From Candidatus Saccharimonadota bacterium (GTDB lineage: Bacteria > Patescibacteriota > Microgenomatia > UBA1406 > GWC2-37-13), in contig MGBH01000001.1 of NCBI GenBank assembly GCA_001790095.1, forward strand, positions 840,001 through 872,000: a DNA stretch of 32,000 nucleotides, written 5' to 3'. A program made the position numbers and the translations under genes. The stretch's first letter is position 1, and the number at the start of each line of letters is the position of its first letter. Shown here piece after piece: positions 1 to 7,224 of this stretch. The notes under the pieces are model-generated. The model did not search any database. It was not told the origin of the DNA and was given only the letters and a program-made list of their open reading frames with translations.

Positions 1-44
1 TCCGAAAGACCAAAAGAGGAAAGAACCTTATAGATGTTGCTCAT
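1..44 (-). CDS. 5' end of an unidentified leftward gene, truncated by the window edge; only 14 codons visible (MSNIYKVLSSFGLS...)
   Basis: The reverse complement of 1..44 reads ATG AGC AAC ATC TAT AAG GTT CTT TCC TCT TTT GGT CTT TCG with no stop before the edge. A GATAAT box lies 8 nt upstream on the minus strand. The fragment is too short to identify. Confidence 0.25.
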   Translation of the reverse strand, partial: MSNIYKVLSSFGLS

Positions 45-196
45 AATTTTTAATTATCAATTTACAATTTTCAAACAATTACTCAATTAATAAGTATCAA
101 TAAATGAAAATTAAATTACTAAATATTGATTGAAAATTGATCATTAAAACCTGGTAATTGCTTTTATTCTATCACTGTCGTCACTGTCCGTCAACT

Positions 197-225
197 TTGA
201 CATAGGCTATCCGCTTTGGTATGAT
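197..225 (+). promoter_or_regulatory. Sigma70-type promoter: TTGACA (197-202), 17-nt spacer, TGgTATGAT extended -10 (217-225)
   Basis: Read directly from the sequence. The -10 ends 6 nt before the ATG at 232, so the predicted transcription start coincides with the start codon (leaderless geometry). No SD motif lies between them. Confidence 0.55.
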
Positions 226-231
226 AGCTCC

Positions 232-969
232 ATGTGTACAACTGCAGCAAAGCGCCTCAACCAATCATGGTTTCTCATAAAAACTCGTGATCCCGTATCG
301 TGGATGAGATGGGATGATGAAATAAAACTATTTAATGCTAGGACCGATAGGTTTAAGAAATTGATTGTGCAAAATCCTAACCCCCGGGAAGACGGTTATT
401 ATGGAGGCATTAATGAAAAAGGAGTTGCATTTGTCTCAACATATGTGCATGTTGCAGAAAATCAGATTTCCTATATACGAAGACCTTACGTCCGTCTCAT
501 ATTAGATGCTAGAACAGCAAAAGAGGCTATCAAAATAATCAAGTCTTTTCATCCCCGCATCGGAGGAAATATGTTTGTTGCTGACTCTCATGAATGTTAC
601 GGCATCGAGGGAGTTCCTGAAAAATATTACGTGCAAAAAATCGCCAAGCCCGCGGTCAAAACAAATCATTTCTTGCATCTTCCCAATCGTAATCTTGGCT
701 TTGATACAAATCCTTCATTTGAAAAATGGTCAAAAGACCATCAAACGCGGGCGCAAGAACTCATCAAAGAAGCAAACACGATCGAAGATCTTAAAAATAT
801 CCTCAAAGACCGCAAGAATGCGAAAAAAAACACTGCCATATGCACCACTGGCAATGAGGAAAAATGCTTTACACACAGTGCGTTCATTTTTGACACAATG
901 AAAAAAAGAGCCTATTACTGCCAAGGTAATCCTTTAGACCGTCCATTCAAACAATACAGCTTTCCTTAA
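232..969 (+). CDS. Ntn-hydrolase superfamily protein (C45/C59-like linear-amide hydrolase or acyltransferase fold) with the nucleophile Cys directly after Met1
   Basis: 245-aa ORF starting MCTT... A Cys at position 2 is typical of self-processed N-terminal-nucleophile hydrolases. The pattern FLIKTRD...GGINEKGVAF...GGNMFVAD fits that fold. The family assignment rests on motif memory only. Confidence 0.65.
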   Translation: MCTTAAKRLNQSWFLIKTRDPVSWMRWDDEIKLFNARTDRFKKLIVQNPNPREDGYYGGINEKGVAFVSTYVHVAENQISYIRRPYVRLILDARTAKEAIKIIKSFHPRIGGNMFVADSHECYGIEGVPEKYYVQKIAKPAVKTNHFLHLPNRNLGFDTNPSFEKWSKDHQTRAQELIKEANTIEDLKNILKDRKNAKKNTAICTTGNEEKCFTHSAFIFDTMKKRAYYCQGNPLDRPFKQYSFP

Positions 970-1108
970 AGAGCTACGGTATAAAACTAAAATCTTTATA
1001 AAATACGCGCTCTTTGATAATTCATGAAGAAATACATTTATATCCGACTTGTTAATATTTCTGTATAATTATATCGGCAATGGTAAATATGAGAATCGCA
1101 ACCATAAT

Positions 1109-1741
1109 ATGACAGCTTTAGAAACATCTATAAGTCTTTCACGAATACGTAGAACTGCAACAGTCCTTCCTCATGAGAATCCAGAATTATTTGAGACAAT
1201 AAAGAGACAGTCTCGTATAAATATTAGACATTTTGTTTCAAGTTGCATAAATAGAAGTCCTTCATGTCTACCTTATGTGGATGTAGCATGTGGCTACAGA
1301 ACAAATAAACCCGAAGTTATACATAGCTCTCACTTTGTAGATCCGCTCTATGTAGCATTTGATCATGTACTTGTTTTTGATAAAGAAGTTGAACCTATTT
1401 CATCACCAAATATGGCGGCAGATGCTGAACTCATACCATTAAAAGACCGTTGTGCAGGAACAGTATTATGCACAGAAGTCCTCGAACATGTTAGGAATCC
1501 TCATCTTGTATTGAATGAGGTATATAGAATCCTAAAACCTTCAGGAAAATTGCTTTTAACAGTCCCTGGAATACATGTTCCGAAACACGAAAAATTACCA
1601 CATCAAAGAGACTATAGAAGATTCAGCAAAGTGTATTTGCGACAATTACTTAAAGAACACAATTTCACTATTTTAGAAATGCAAGATAAATTTTTTGAAG
1701 GAAAACATATTAATATTCTCGTTTGGGCATTACGTACCTAA
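1109..1741 (+). CDS. Class I SAM-dependent methyltransferase (Methyltransf_11-like)
   Basis: VDVACGYRT (motif I-like) and VLCTEVLEHVRNPHLVLNEVYRILKPSGKLLLTVP (the post-II/III region typical of Methyltransf_11). I prefer the ATG at 1109; the ORF track's 1049 start is a TTG. Confidence 0.8.
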   Translation: MTALETSISLSRIRRTATVLPHENPELFETIKRQSRINIRHFVSSCINRSPSCLPYVDVACGYRTNKPEVIHSSHFVDPLYVAFDHVLVFDKEVEPISSPNMAADAELIPLKDRCAGTVLCTEVLEHVRNPHLVLNEVYRILKPSGKLLLTVPGIHVPKHEKLPHQRDYRRFSKVYLRQLLKEHNFTILEMQDKFFEGKHINILVWALRT

Positions 1742-1819
1742 TAGTTTACAAACTCAAGGGTTACATAACTTATCACTTATGCCTCAAAGCATAAAAGCAG
1801 ACTTATGTTATGAGCTCAT

Positions 1820-2434
1820 TCAAAAGGATAAAAACGATTTGATTACGTCCTTTTTAAAGCGGGCAATGTTGGCGTATGAATTGCTTATACGGATCTTCTT
1901 TAAAGGAAAAATATTATAGTATTTTTTCCAAAGCGGGTATAGTTCCTCCATAAGTGTTTTATATTTTGTCAGTGCCATACTTCTTTCTTTTGTGTTTTTT
2001 ATACCTGCTTTATCCAGTCTCCTTTCATAAATGAGACGTCTTCTTTCCCAAGATGTTTGAGGCTTTGTGTCAATGAATAATACATGTGGCTCAAACCCTT
2101 TATAAGAGGTCATATATTGGGGTAGGGATTCTACTGCTGCCTTTTTTCCACAATAATGTTCAAGATAGACTAGATGAAAAATACCAGTCTCTGATACATG
2201 CGTTTTTCCGTCTCTTTTCAGACTTGCGATATGTTTTATTTCTTGCTTTGTAATTTCAGCTTCAAGATCCGCAGTAACAAATGCACCCCCCATGTGATCT
2301 TTTCCCTTTAATACATATTGATTTATTTCCGGAATAAAATTCCAGGAAGGATGTGTATCATGAAGGTACTGCCAGACCGTGGTTTTACCCGAAGATTGAG
2401 GTCCGGCGATGATGTAAAGCTTTGTTTGAGACAT
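1820..2434 (-). CDS. P-loop NTPase/kinase-fold protein (AAA_28/NadR-like small ATPase); substrate unknown
   Basis: 204-aa ORF with the Walker A motif GPQSSGKTT at residues 11-19. Its size and layout are typical of small nucleotide or nucleoside kinases. Confidence 0.75.
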   Translation of the reverse strand: MSQTKLYIIAGPQSSGKTTVWQYLHDTHPSWNFIPEINQYVLKGKDHMGGAFVTADLEAEITKQEIKHIASLKRDGKTHVSETGIFHLVYLEHYCGKKAAVESLPQYMTSYKGFEPHVLFIDTKPQTSWERRRLIYERRLDKAGIKNTKERSMALTKYKTLMEELYPLWKKYYNIFPLKKIRISNSYANIARFKKDVIKSFLSF

Positions 2435-2442
2435 GTGATATT

Positions 2443-2451
2443 ATTATAGCA
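2443..2451 (-). promoter_or_regulatory. Extended -10 promoter element TGcTATAAT (minus strand)
   Basis: The reverse complement of 2435..2451 is TGCTATAATAATATCAC, followed by the ATG at 2434. Only 8 nt separate the -10 box from the ATG (leaderless or 1-nt leader). Confidence 0.45.
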
Positions 2452-2460
2452 ACGATTTTC

Positions 2461-2502
2461 ATCCCCGCGCCCCGAAGGGGTCCCTTTGGGACAGGCGGGG
2501 AT
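2461..2502. other. GC-rich nested-hairpin element: outer stem ATCCCCGC/GCGGGGAT enclosing CCCC-GAA-GGGG and GTCCC-TTT-GGGAC
   Basis: Base pairing read directly: 2461-2468 pairs with 2495-2502, 2470-2473 with 2477-2480, and 2480-2484 with 2488-2492. The element is much more GC-rich than its AT-rich surroundings. It lies in the divergent intergenic region between the -10 boxes at 2443-2451 (minus) and 2515-2520 (plus). Confidence 0.5.
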
Positions 2503-2539
2503 CCAGACTAAAAATACAATAGTTGTAATTATAGACTGG

Positions 2540-2559
2540 ATTCCCATCTTCATGGGAAT
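2540..2559 (+). other. Perfect 8-bp hairpin ATTCCCAT-CTTC-ATGGGAAT, 15 nt upstream of the nrnA-like start
   Basis: Read directly from the sequence. It would sit in the 5' UTR if the TACAAT box at 2515-2520 is the -10. Confidence 0.4.
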
Positions 2560-2574
2560 GACGATCTAAACTCT

Positions 2575-3651
2575 ATGCATTTTACCCAAAGTAAAAAGAT
2601 CTGGGATGTCATCATGAAGTCTAAACAAATTCTTCTCAACATCCATCGTAATCCAGATCTTGATTCGGTCGGATCTGCGCTTGCTATGCAAACTGTCCTT
2701 ATGGGTTTGGGGAAAAAAACACAGATTATCGGACCTCACCCCATCAACCCTGACTTTATGTTCTTGCCCCATACGGACAATGTAAAGATTGTTGATTATA
2801 AAACATATGATATAAAACCTTTTGACTTATTTATCATCCTTGATTCAGGAAGTGACGACATTGTAACGGGTCAAAAGGGTGTTGTGCTCCCCTCTTTACC
2901 TACCATCGTCATTGACCATCACAAAAACAATACCATTCATGCACAGATAAAATTAGTAGATGACCATGCTTCCTCAACCGCCGAGATCCTTTATCATCTG
3001 TTTGAAGACTGGAAGATAAAAATGACTCCCCATATCGCTACCTTACTTTTTGCAGGCGCATGTCATGATACTATGTTTTTCAAATACAACGAAAATGAGG
3101 TAGATACTTTTCAGATAGCGGCAAAGCTTATCGAAAAAGGAGCAAAAAAAAACAAAATCCTCACCCATGTATATAACAACCTTAACCTATTGTTTATTAA
3201 ACATGTTGGAACATTACTTACAAAGATTAAGATACAGACACCTAGTCATGCTGAACTCGCTTCAGCATCTCCTACTGATAAAGGGATCCCGAAACAAGTT
3301 CGGGATGACAGTTTGTTGAAGGTGAACTTTGCTTGGGTTGCTTTATCTTATGAAGAGTATGAAAAGATGGGGTTGCCTTTGGCTATCCGCGAATATGTGG
3401 CTGATCACTTTATTCAAAGCATCAAAAACACGGGGTTTGGAATAGTAATGATTGAGGAGGAAAAAGGTAAATTATGCATTAGCTTCAGGGGTAAAGAAGA
3501 ATATGATATGTCTTCATTGGCTAGGAAGCTGGGAGGCGGCGGACACTTGCTTCGGGCTGGTGCAACTTTGTATGGAGATAATTTTGATGAGATGGTTAAG
3601 CAAGTGCTGTTGATACTCTGCTCTAATCAGCCACTCGCACCGCAAAGATGA
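2575..3651 (+). CDS. nrnA: DHH/DHHA1 family phosphoesterase, NrnA-like (oligoribonuclease / pAp phosphatase type)
   Basis: DHH motifs HRNPDLDSVGS (motif I), ILDSGS and VIDHHKNN (DHH), plus the DHHA1 motif GGGGHLLRAGA near the C-terminus. The N-terminus SKKIWDVIMKSKQILLNIH matches the usual family N-terminal helix, so I prefer the 2575 start over 2614. Confidence 0.85.
   Translation: MHFTQSKKIWDVIMKSKQILLNIHRNPDLDSVGSALAMQTVLMGLGKKTQIIGPHPINPDFMFLPHTDNVKIVDYKTYDIKPFDLFIILDSGSDDIVTGQKGVVLPSLPTIVIDHHKNNTIHAQIKLVDDHASSTAEILYHLFEDWKIKMTPHIATLLFAGACHDTMFFKYNENEVDTFQIAAKLIEKGAKKNKILTHVYNNLNLLFIKHVGTLLTKIKIQTPSHAELASASPTDKGIPKQVRDDSLLKVNFAWVALSYEEYEKMGLPLAIREYVADHFIQSIKNTGFGIVMIEEEKGKLCISFRGKEEYDMSSLARKLGGGGHLLRAGATLYGDNFDEMVKQVLLILCSNQPLAPQR
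3248..3306 (+). repeat. Twin perfect 8-bp hairpins with 5-nt loops, embedded in frame in the nrnA-like CDS
   Basis: ATGCTGAA-ctcgc-TTCAGCAT (3248-3268) and ATCCCGAA-acaag-TTCGGGAT (3286-3306). They encode HAELASAS...GIPKQVRDD in the linker between the DHH and DHHA1 domains. The region is locally GC-enriched. Confidence 0.5.
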
Positions 3652-4378
3652 GAAGTCGTTGGAGAGTTGTACCAGGTGGCCAACAGGTTTGTAAGGTAAT
3701 AAACTCACGATTGGTCTTGCGGGTCAGATACTCAACCTGTTTTGGATCAACAACCGTTTTTTCAATCACTTTATATTTATAGCGCTGTCCTTGAAAAAAA
3801 ACATTGATCTCATCATTAACTTCAAGCTTATGTAATAAATAAAACACTGCATTATAGTTCCCCACATTCCAAAAGTAGTCGGTTGAATGAGCAAACAAAA
3901 ATACATGCCCTCCTTCTCCAGGAAAAGCGGTACCCGCAGCATGAGCAACTCCTTTTTTGAGAGCATTCAAGTATTCTTTTTCGTTTGACGTATCAATGTT
4001 TGGCAATATACGGGCGTTGGCTCCTATCTTTGGGATGACAACGGCAAAGTTTGGATCCTCAGGAACCAATACTTCAACTGGCTTGATGGACAGAAGTTTT
4101 CCTAAATTACCCTTTGGAAGAGAGCTCTGTTGAAGGTGGTATGTCGCTTCTTCTTCTTTTGTGGAGGCTACGATATATTCTTTTTTTGCTTGCTTTTCGA
4201 CGAAATAGCGCAGTTCTTGCCGGATCGGTTGATAAAATGTTTTACTGATCATAAAAAGTGAAGAAAGGATAAGAAAGTTGCCAAATGTTCGAAGAAGAAG
4301 AACTGTTATGTATTCTGTCTGTTTTGCTTTATCAACGTGATGATAGATAGAAGTTGCATTTTTTGACTTATACTGCAT
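3623..4378 (-). CDS. Sortase family transpeptidase with an N-terminal membrane anchor
   Basis: The catalytic TLxTC motif is present as ITLQTCWPPG, with an upstream His in HVFLFAHS. The N-terminal hydrophobic segment is TVLLLRTFGNFLILSSLFMI. The 3' end overlaps the convergent nrnA by 29 nt. Confidence 0.85.
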   Translation of the reverse strand: MQYKSKNATSIYHHVDKAKQTEYITVLLLRTFGNFLILSSLFMISKTFYQPIRQELRYFVEKQAKKEYIVASTKEEEATYHLQQSSLPKGNLGKLLSIKPVEVLVPEDPNFAVVIPKIGANARILPNIDTSNEKEYLNALKKGVAHAAGTAFPGEGGHVFLFAHSTDYFWNVGNYNAVFYLLHKLEVNDEINVFFQGQRYKYKVIEKTVVDPKQVEYLTRKTNREFITLQTCWPPGTTLQRLLIFAVRVAD

Positions 4379-4384
4379 GTACTT

Positions 4385-4393
4385 ATTGTAACA
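4385..4393 (-). promoter_or_regulatory. Extended -10 promoter element TGtTACAAT (minus strand)
   Basis: The reverse complement of 4379..4393 is TGTTACAATAAGTAC, followed by the sortase ATG at 4378. Only 6 nt separate the -10 box from the ATG (leaderless geometry). Confidence 0.45.
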
Positions 4394-4425
4394 AAAATCA
4401 TCCTTAATTATGCTTTGGACTTAAG

Positions 4426-5595
4426 TTAATGAGTTAAAGAGGAGGCGAACTCACCTAATCGTTTTAGGCCTTTGATGATCTGTTCCATGCTTGTTGCATA
4501 ACTCAAACGAATATATCGATCATCGCCAAAAGCACTCCCTGGAATGATGGCCACTAGTTTTTCATCAAGTAGTTTTTTACAAAAATCTACCGAAGTATGG
4601 ATTCCGTCTTTGTACAAACGTGAAACATCAGCAAACACATAAAAAGCTCCATCTGGCGTATGTACAGAAACCCCCCTGATCTCCTGAAGAGTTTTTACCA
4701 TATAGTCTCGCCTTTTTCGATATTCTTCAACCATTTTATTGATAAATGCGGGATCAGTCTTAGTAAGCGCAGCTACTGCTGCCTTTTGAGCAATTGAGTT
4801 GGTGTTTGAAGTCATATGATCTTGAAGATTTATGGCGGCTTTTATGATATCTTCAGGCCCGGCGCAGTAGCCAATCCTCCATCCCGTCATCGCAAATGTT
4901 TTGGAAAAACCGTTTACCACTATAGTGAGCTTTTTTATATCTTCCCCTAAGCTTGCAATACTGACATGTTTTTTGCCATAGGTAAGCTTCTCATATACTT
5001 CATCGCTCATAACAAAAATACTGTGTCTGACACACAAAGCAGCAATTTCTTTGAGTTCTTCCTCTCCATACATCGCGCCAGTTGGATTGCTTGGGCTACT
5101 TAAAATAATAAGACGTGTCTTTGGAGTGATTGCTTTTTCTAAAGAACTTGCCGTAATTTTAAAGCCCTCTGTCGGAAGAAATACAACCTTCCCCTCCGCG
5201 ACCTTTACCATTTCCTCATAGCTTCCCCATGAGGGAACAGGAATAATAACTTCATCACCTGGATTAACCGTCACCTGGATGATTTCATAAAGACACTGTT
5301 TTGCTCCGGTTGAGATCATGATCTGGGAGGGTATATAGTCAAGCCCGTTTTCTTTTTTCAGTTTATCGCATACTGCCTGTTTTAACTCTGGTATGCCGGA
5401 GGTTGGGGTATATTTGGTGAAACCGCTTTTTAAGGCTTCATATGCCGCTTCCTTGATATAATCTGGTGTATCAAAATCTGGTTCACCAGCTCCAAATGAG
5501 ACAACATCTTTTCCTTCCTTTTTCATGAGTTTTGCTTTTGCAGTAATGGTTAAAGTTTGAGAAGGACTTATATTCTGAGCACGTTTTGATATCAT
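4426..5595 (-). CDS. Pyridoxal-phosphate-dependent class I aminotransferase (aspartate aminotransferase-like)
   Basis: 389 aa. The PLP-lysine motif is SKTFAMTGWRIGY. The N-terminal SPSQTLTITAKAKLMKKEGKDVVSFGAGEPDFDTP and SSPSNPTG are typical of class Ib AspAT. The start overlaps the pckA stop by 4 nt (ATGA). Confidence 0.9.
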   Translation of the reverse strand: MISKRAQNISPSQTLTITAKAKLMKKEGKDVVSFGAGEPDFDTPDYIKEAAYEALKSGFTKYTPTSGIPELKQAVCDKLKKENGLDYIPSQIMISTGAKQCLYEIIQVTVNPGDEVIIPVPSWGSYEEMVKVAEGKVVFLPTEGFKITASSLEKAITPKTRLIILSSPSNPTGAMYGEEELKEIAALCVRHSIFVMSDEVYEKLTYGKKHVSIASLGEDIKKLTIVVNGFSKTFAMTGWRIGYCAGPEDIIKAAINLQDHMTSNTNSIAQKAAVAALTKTDPAFINKMVEEYRKRRDYMVKTLQEIRGVSVHTPDGAFYVFADVSRLYKDGIHTSVDFCKKLLDEKLVAIIPGSAFGDDRYIRLSYATSMEQIIKGLKRLGEFASSLTH

Positions 5596-7163
5596 AGGGT
5601 GGGACCTGCATTGATAATGGGTTTTGGAATCTCTCCAAATTTTTTGAAATTCTCAATAAATTTTAAAACCAACTCTTTTGCTTTCACATCATACGCTTGT
5701 TTATCCTTCCACATCGCTTTTGGATCAAGTATTTTTGAGTCAACTCCCTTGACATGAAGAGGAATTTTAAGATTAAAAAACTTATCATCTCGATATTTTT
5801 CTTCACCTAAGTTGCCTTCCAGTATGCCTGTAACTATAGCCCTTGTATCTTTGATACTGATCCTTTTCCCGACCCCATATGCTCCTCCCTGCCAACCGGT
5901 ATTTACCAGATAGACATTTACTTTATATTTTTTTATATATGTTTTAAGAAGGTCCGCATACACTAGAGGTTTAAGGGCCATAAAAGGACCTCCGAAAAAA
6001 GCAGAGAATGTGGCGACCGGATCCTTGATCCCTCGTTCGGTCCCCGCGAGCTTTGAAGTATAGCCGGAAAGAAAATAATAAACAGCCTGGTTTACGTTCA
6101 ATTTTGCAACAGGAGGAAGAGTACCCGTAGCATCTGCTGTAAGAAATAAGATATTCGTAGGATGTGGGCCAACTCCGTCTATCACCGCATTTTCGATATA
6201 TTCGATAGGATAGACAACCCGTGTGTTTTCAGTAAGACTTGCATCGGTAAAATCAGGCACTCCGTCTTTGTTTAAAACTACATTTTCAAGCATTGATCCA
6301 TGCCGGATCGCACCCCAGATCTGGGGTTCACTTTCTTTTTTCAGATTAATGCACTTGGCATAACAACCTCCCTCAAAATTAAAGATTCCGTTTTCACTCC
6401 ATCCATGCTCATCGTCTCCAATGAGGTACCGGTTTGGATCTGCAGAAAGGGTAGTCTTCCCTGTACCTGAGAGTCCAAAAAATAAGGCCGCTTTTCCGTC
6501 GCGGCCTATATTGGCTGAGCAGTGCATAGGAAATACGTTTTTCTGAGGAAGCAGGATATTAAGAACAGAAAAAACCGATTTTTTGATTTCACCGGAATAA
6601 TTTGTACCACCAATAAGCACCACCATTTTATCAAGATTCATGACTATAAATGTTTCTGAGTGAGTACCATCTGTCTTGGGATCTGCAACACAGTTAGGAG
6701 CTGACAGAATGGTTAGTTGGGGTGAATGTGTACGAAGTTCATCTGCTGTCACCCGACGAAGAAGATGTGTGCTAAAAAGCGCCTGATAGGCAAATTCAGA
6801 GACTATACGAGTTGGAAGTGAGTGTTGTTTATCAGCACCTGCGACTCCATCAAAGATATACAGTTCTTCAGCTTTTGAAAGATGACTCGTAATCTTTTTA
6901 TATAGTTTATTAAAATGAGCCTCTGACATGGGTTGATTAACTTGGCCCCAATTTATTTTTTCATGATAGGATGGAGTGTCGACAATGAATTTATCTTTGG
7001 GAGATCTTCCTGTATATTTACCCGTATACACCACCAATGCTCCAGTCTTTGAAGTGACTGTCTCCTTGCGGGATAACGATCTATCTATAAGTTCTTTTAC
7101 CTTTGCGTTACGATAGACTTTTCCCCGCGGCACTATTTGGTGTCGACGTAATGCTTGTGACAT
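5592..7163 (-). CDS. pckA: Phosphoenolpyruvate carboxykinase (ATP)
   Basis: 523 aa. The kinase-1a motif is FFGLSGTGKTTLS, with IGDDEHGW and the characteristic GGTNYSGEIKKS and NTGWQGGAYG segments of ATP-dependent PEPCK. Confidence 0.95.
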   Translation of the reverse strand: MSQALRRHQIVPRGKVYRNAKVKELIDRSLSRKETVTSKTGALVVYTGKYTGRSPKDKFIVDTPSYHEKINWGQVNQPMSEAHFNKLYKKITSHLSKAEELYIFDGVAGADKQHSLPTRIVSEFAYQALFSTHLLRRVTADELRTHSPQLTILSAPNCVADPKTDGTHSETFIVMNLDKMVVLIGGTNYSGEIKKSVFSVLNILLPQKNVFPMHCSANIGRDGKAALFFGLSGTGKTTLSADPNRYLIGDDEHGWSENGIFNFEGGCYAKCINLKKESEPQIWGAIRHGSMLENVVLNKDGVPDFTDASLTENTRVVYPIEYIENAVIDGVGPHPTNILFLTADATGTLPPVAKLNVNQAVYYFLSGYTSKLAGTERGIKDPVATFSAFFGGPFMALKPLVYADLLKTYIKKYKVNVYLVNTGWQGGAYGVGKRISIKDTRAIVTGILEGNLGEEKYRDDKFFNLKIPLHVKGVDSKILDPKAMWKDKQAYDVKAKELVLKFIENFKKFGEIPKPIINAGPTL

Positions 7164-7178
7164 ACATATTCCCTACAT

Positions 7179-7207
7179 AGTTTAGGACTTCTTTTCCATA
7201 TTGTCAA
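7179..7207 (-). promoter_or_regulatory. Sigma70-type promoter TTGACA-17-TAAACT for pckA
   Basis: The reverse complement of 7164..7208 is cTTGACAatatggaaaagaagtccTAAACTatgtagggaatatgt, followed by ATG. This implies a short leader of about 8 nt containing GGGAA. Confidence 0.5.
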
Positions 7208-7224
7208 GTCCCCTCTTCAAACAG

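Noticed and set aside
575-924. ORFs at 575-901 (+) and 730-924 (-) inside the Ntn-hydrolase gene.
   Set aside because: These are alternate-frame or antisense shadows of a better-supported 245-aa ORF that has its own promoter.
1695-1919. A 74-aa plus-strand ORF bridging the methyltransferase 3' end and the P-loop ATPase 3' end.
   Set aside because: It overlaps two supported genes, has no motifs, and occupies the convergent gap only partially.
2461-2502. I considered whether the GC-rich nested hairpin is a tRNA fragment, a preQ1-I or guanidine-type mini-riboswitch, or an intrinsic terminator.
   Set aside because: It has no cloverleaf or T-loop (GTTCRANNC). Its loops (GAA, TTT) do not match the ACGR loops of guanidine-II, nor the preQ1-I loop and A-rich tail consensus as I remember them. 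It lies upstream of both flanking genes, so it cannot terminate them. I keep it as an unexplained structured element.
2323-2772. Minus-strand ORFs at 2323-2553 (76 aa) and 2566-2772 (68 aa) that cross the GC-rich hairpin region and the nrnA 5' end.
   Set aside because: The first overlaps the start of the P-loop gene in another frame, and its middle is simply the translated palindrome. The second is antisense to the conserved nrnA N-terminus (DHH motif I).
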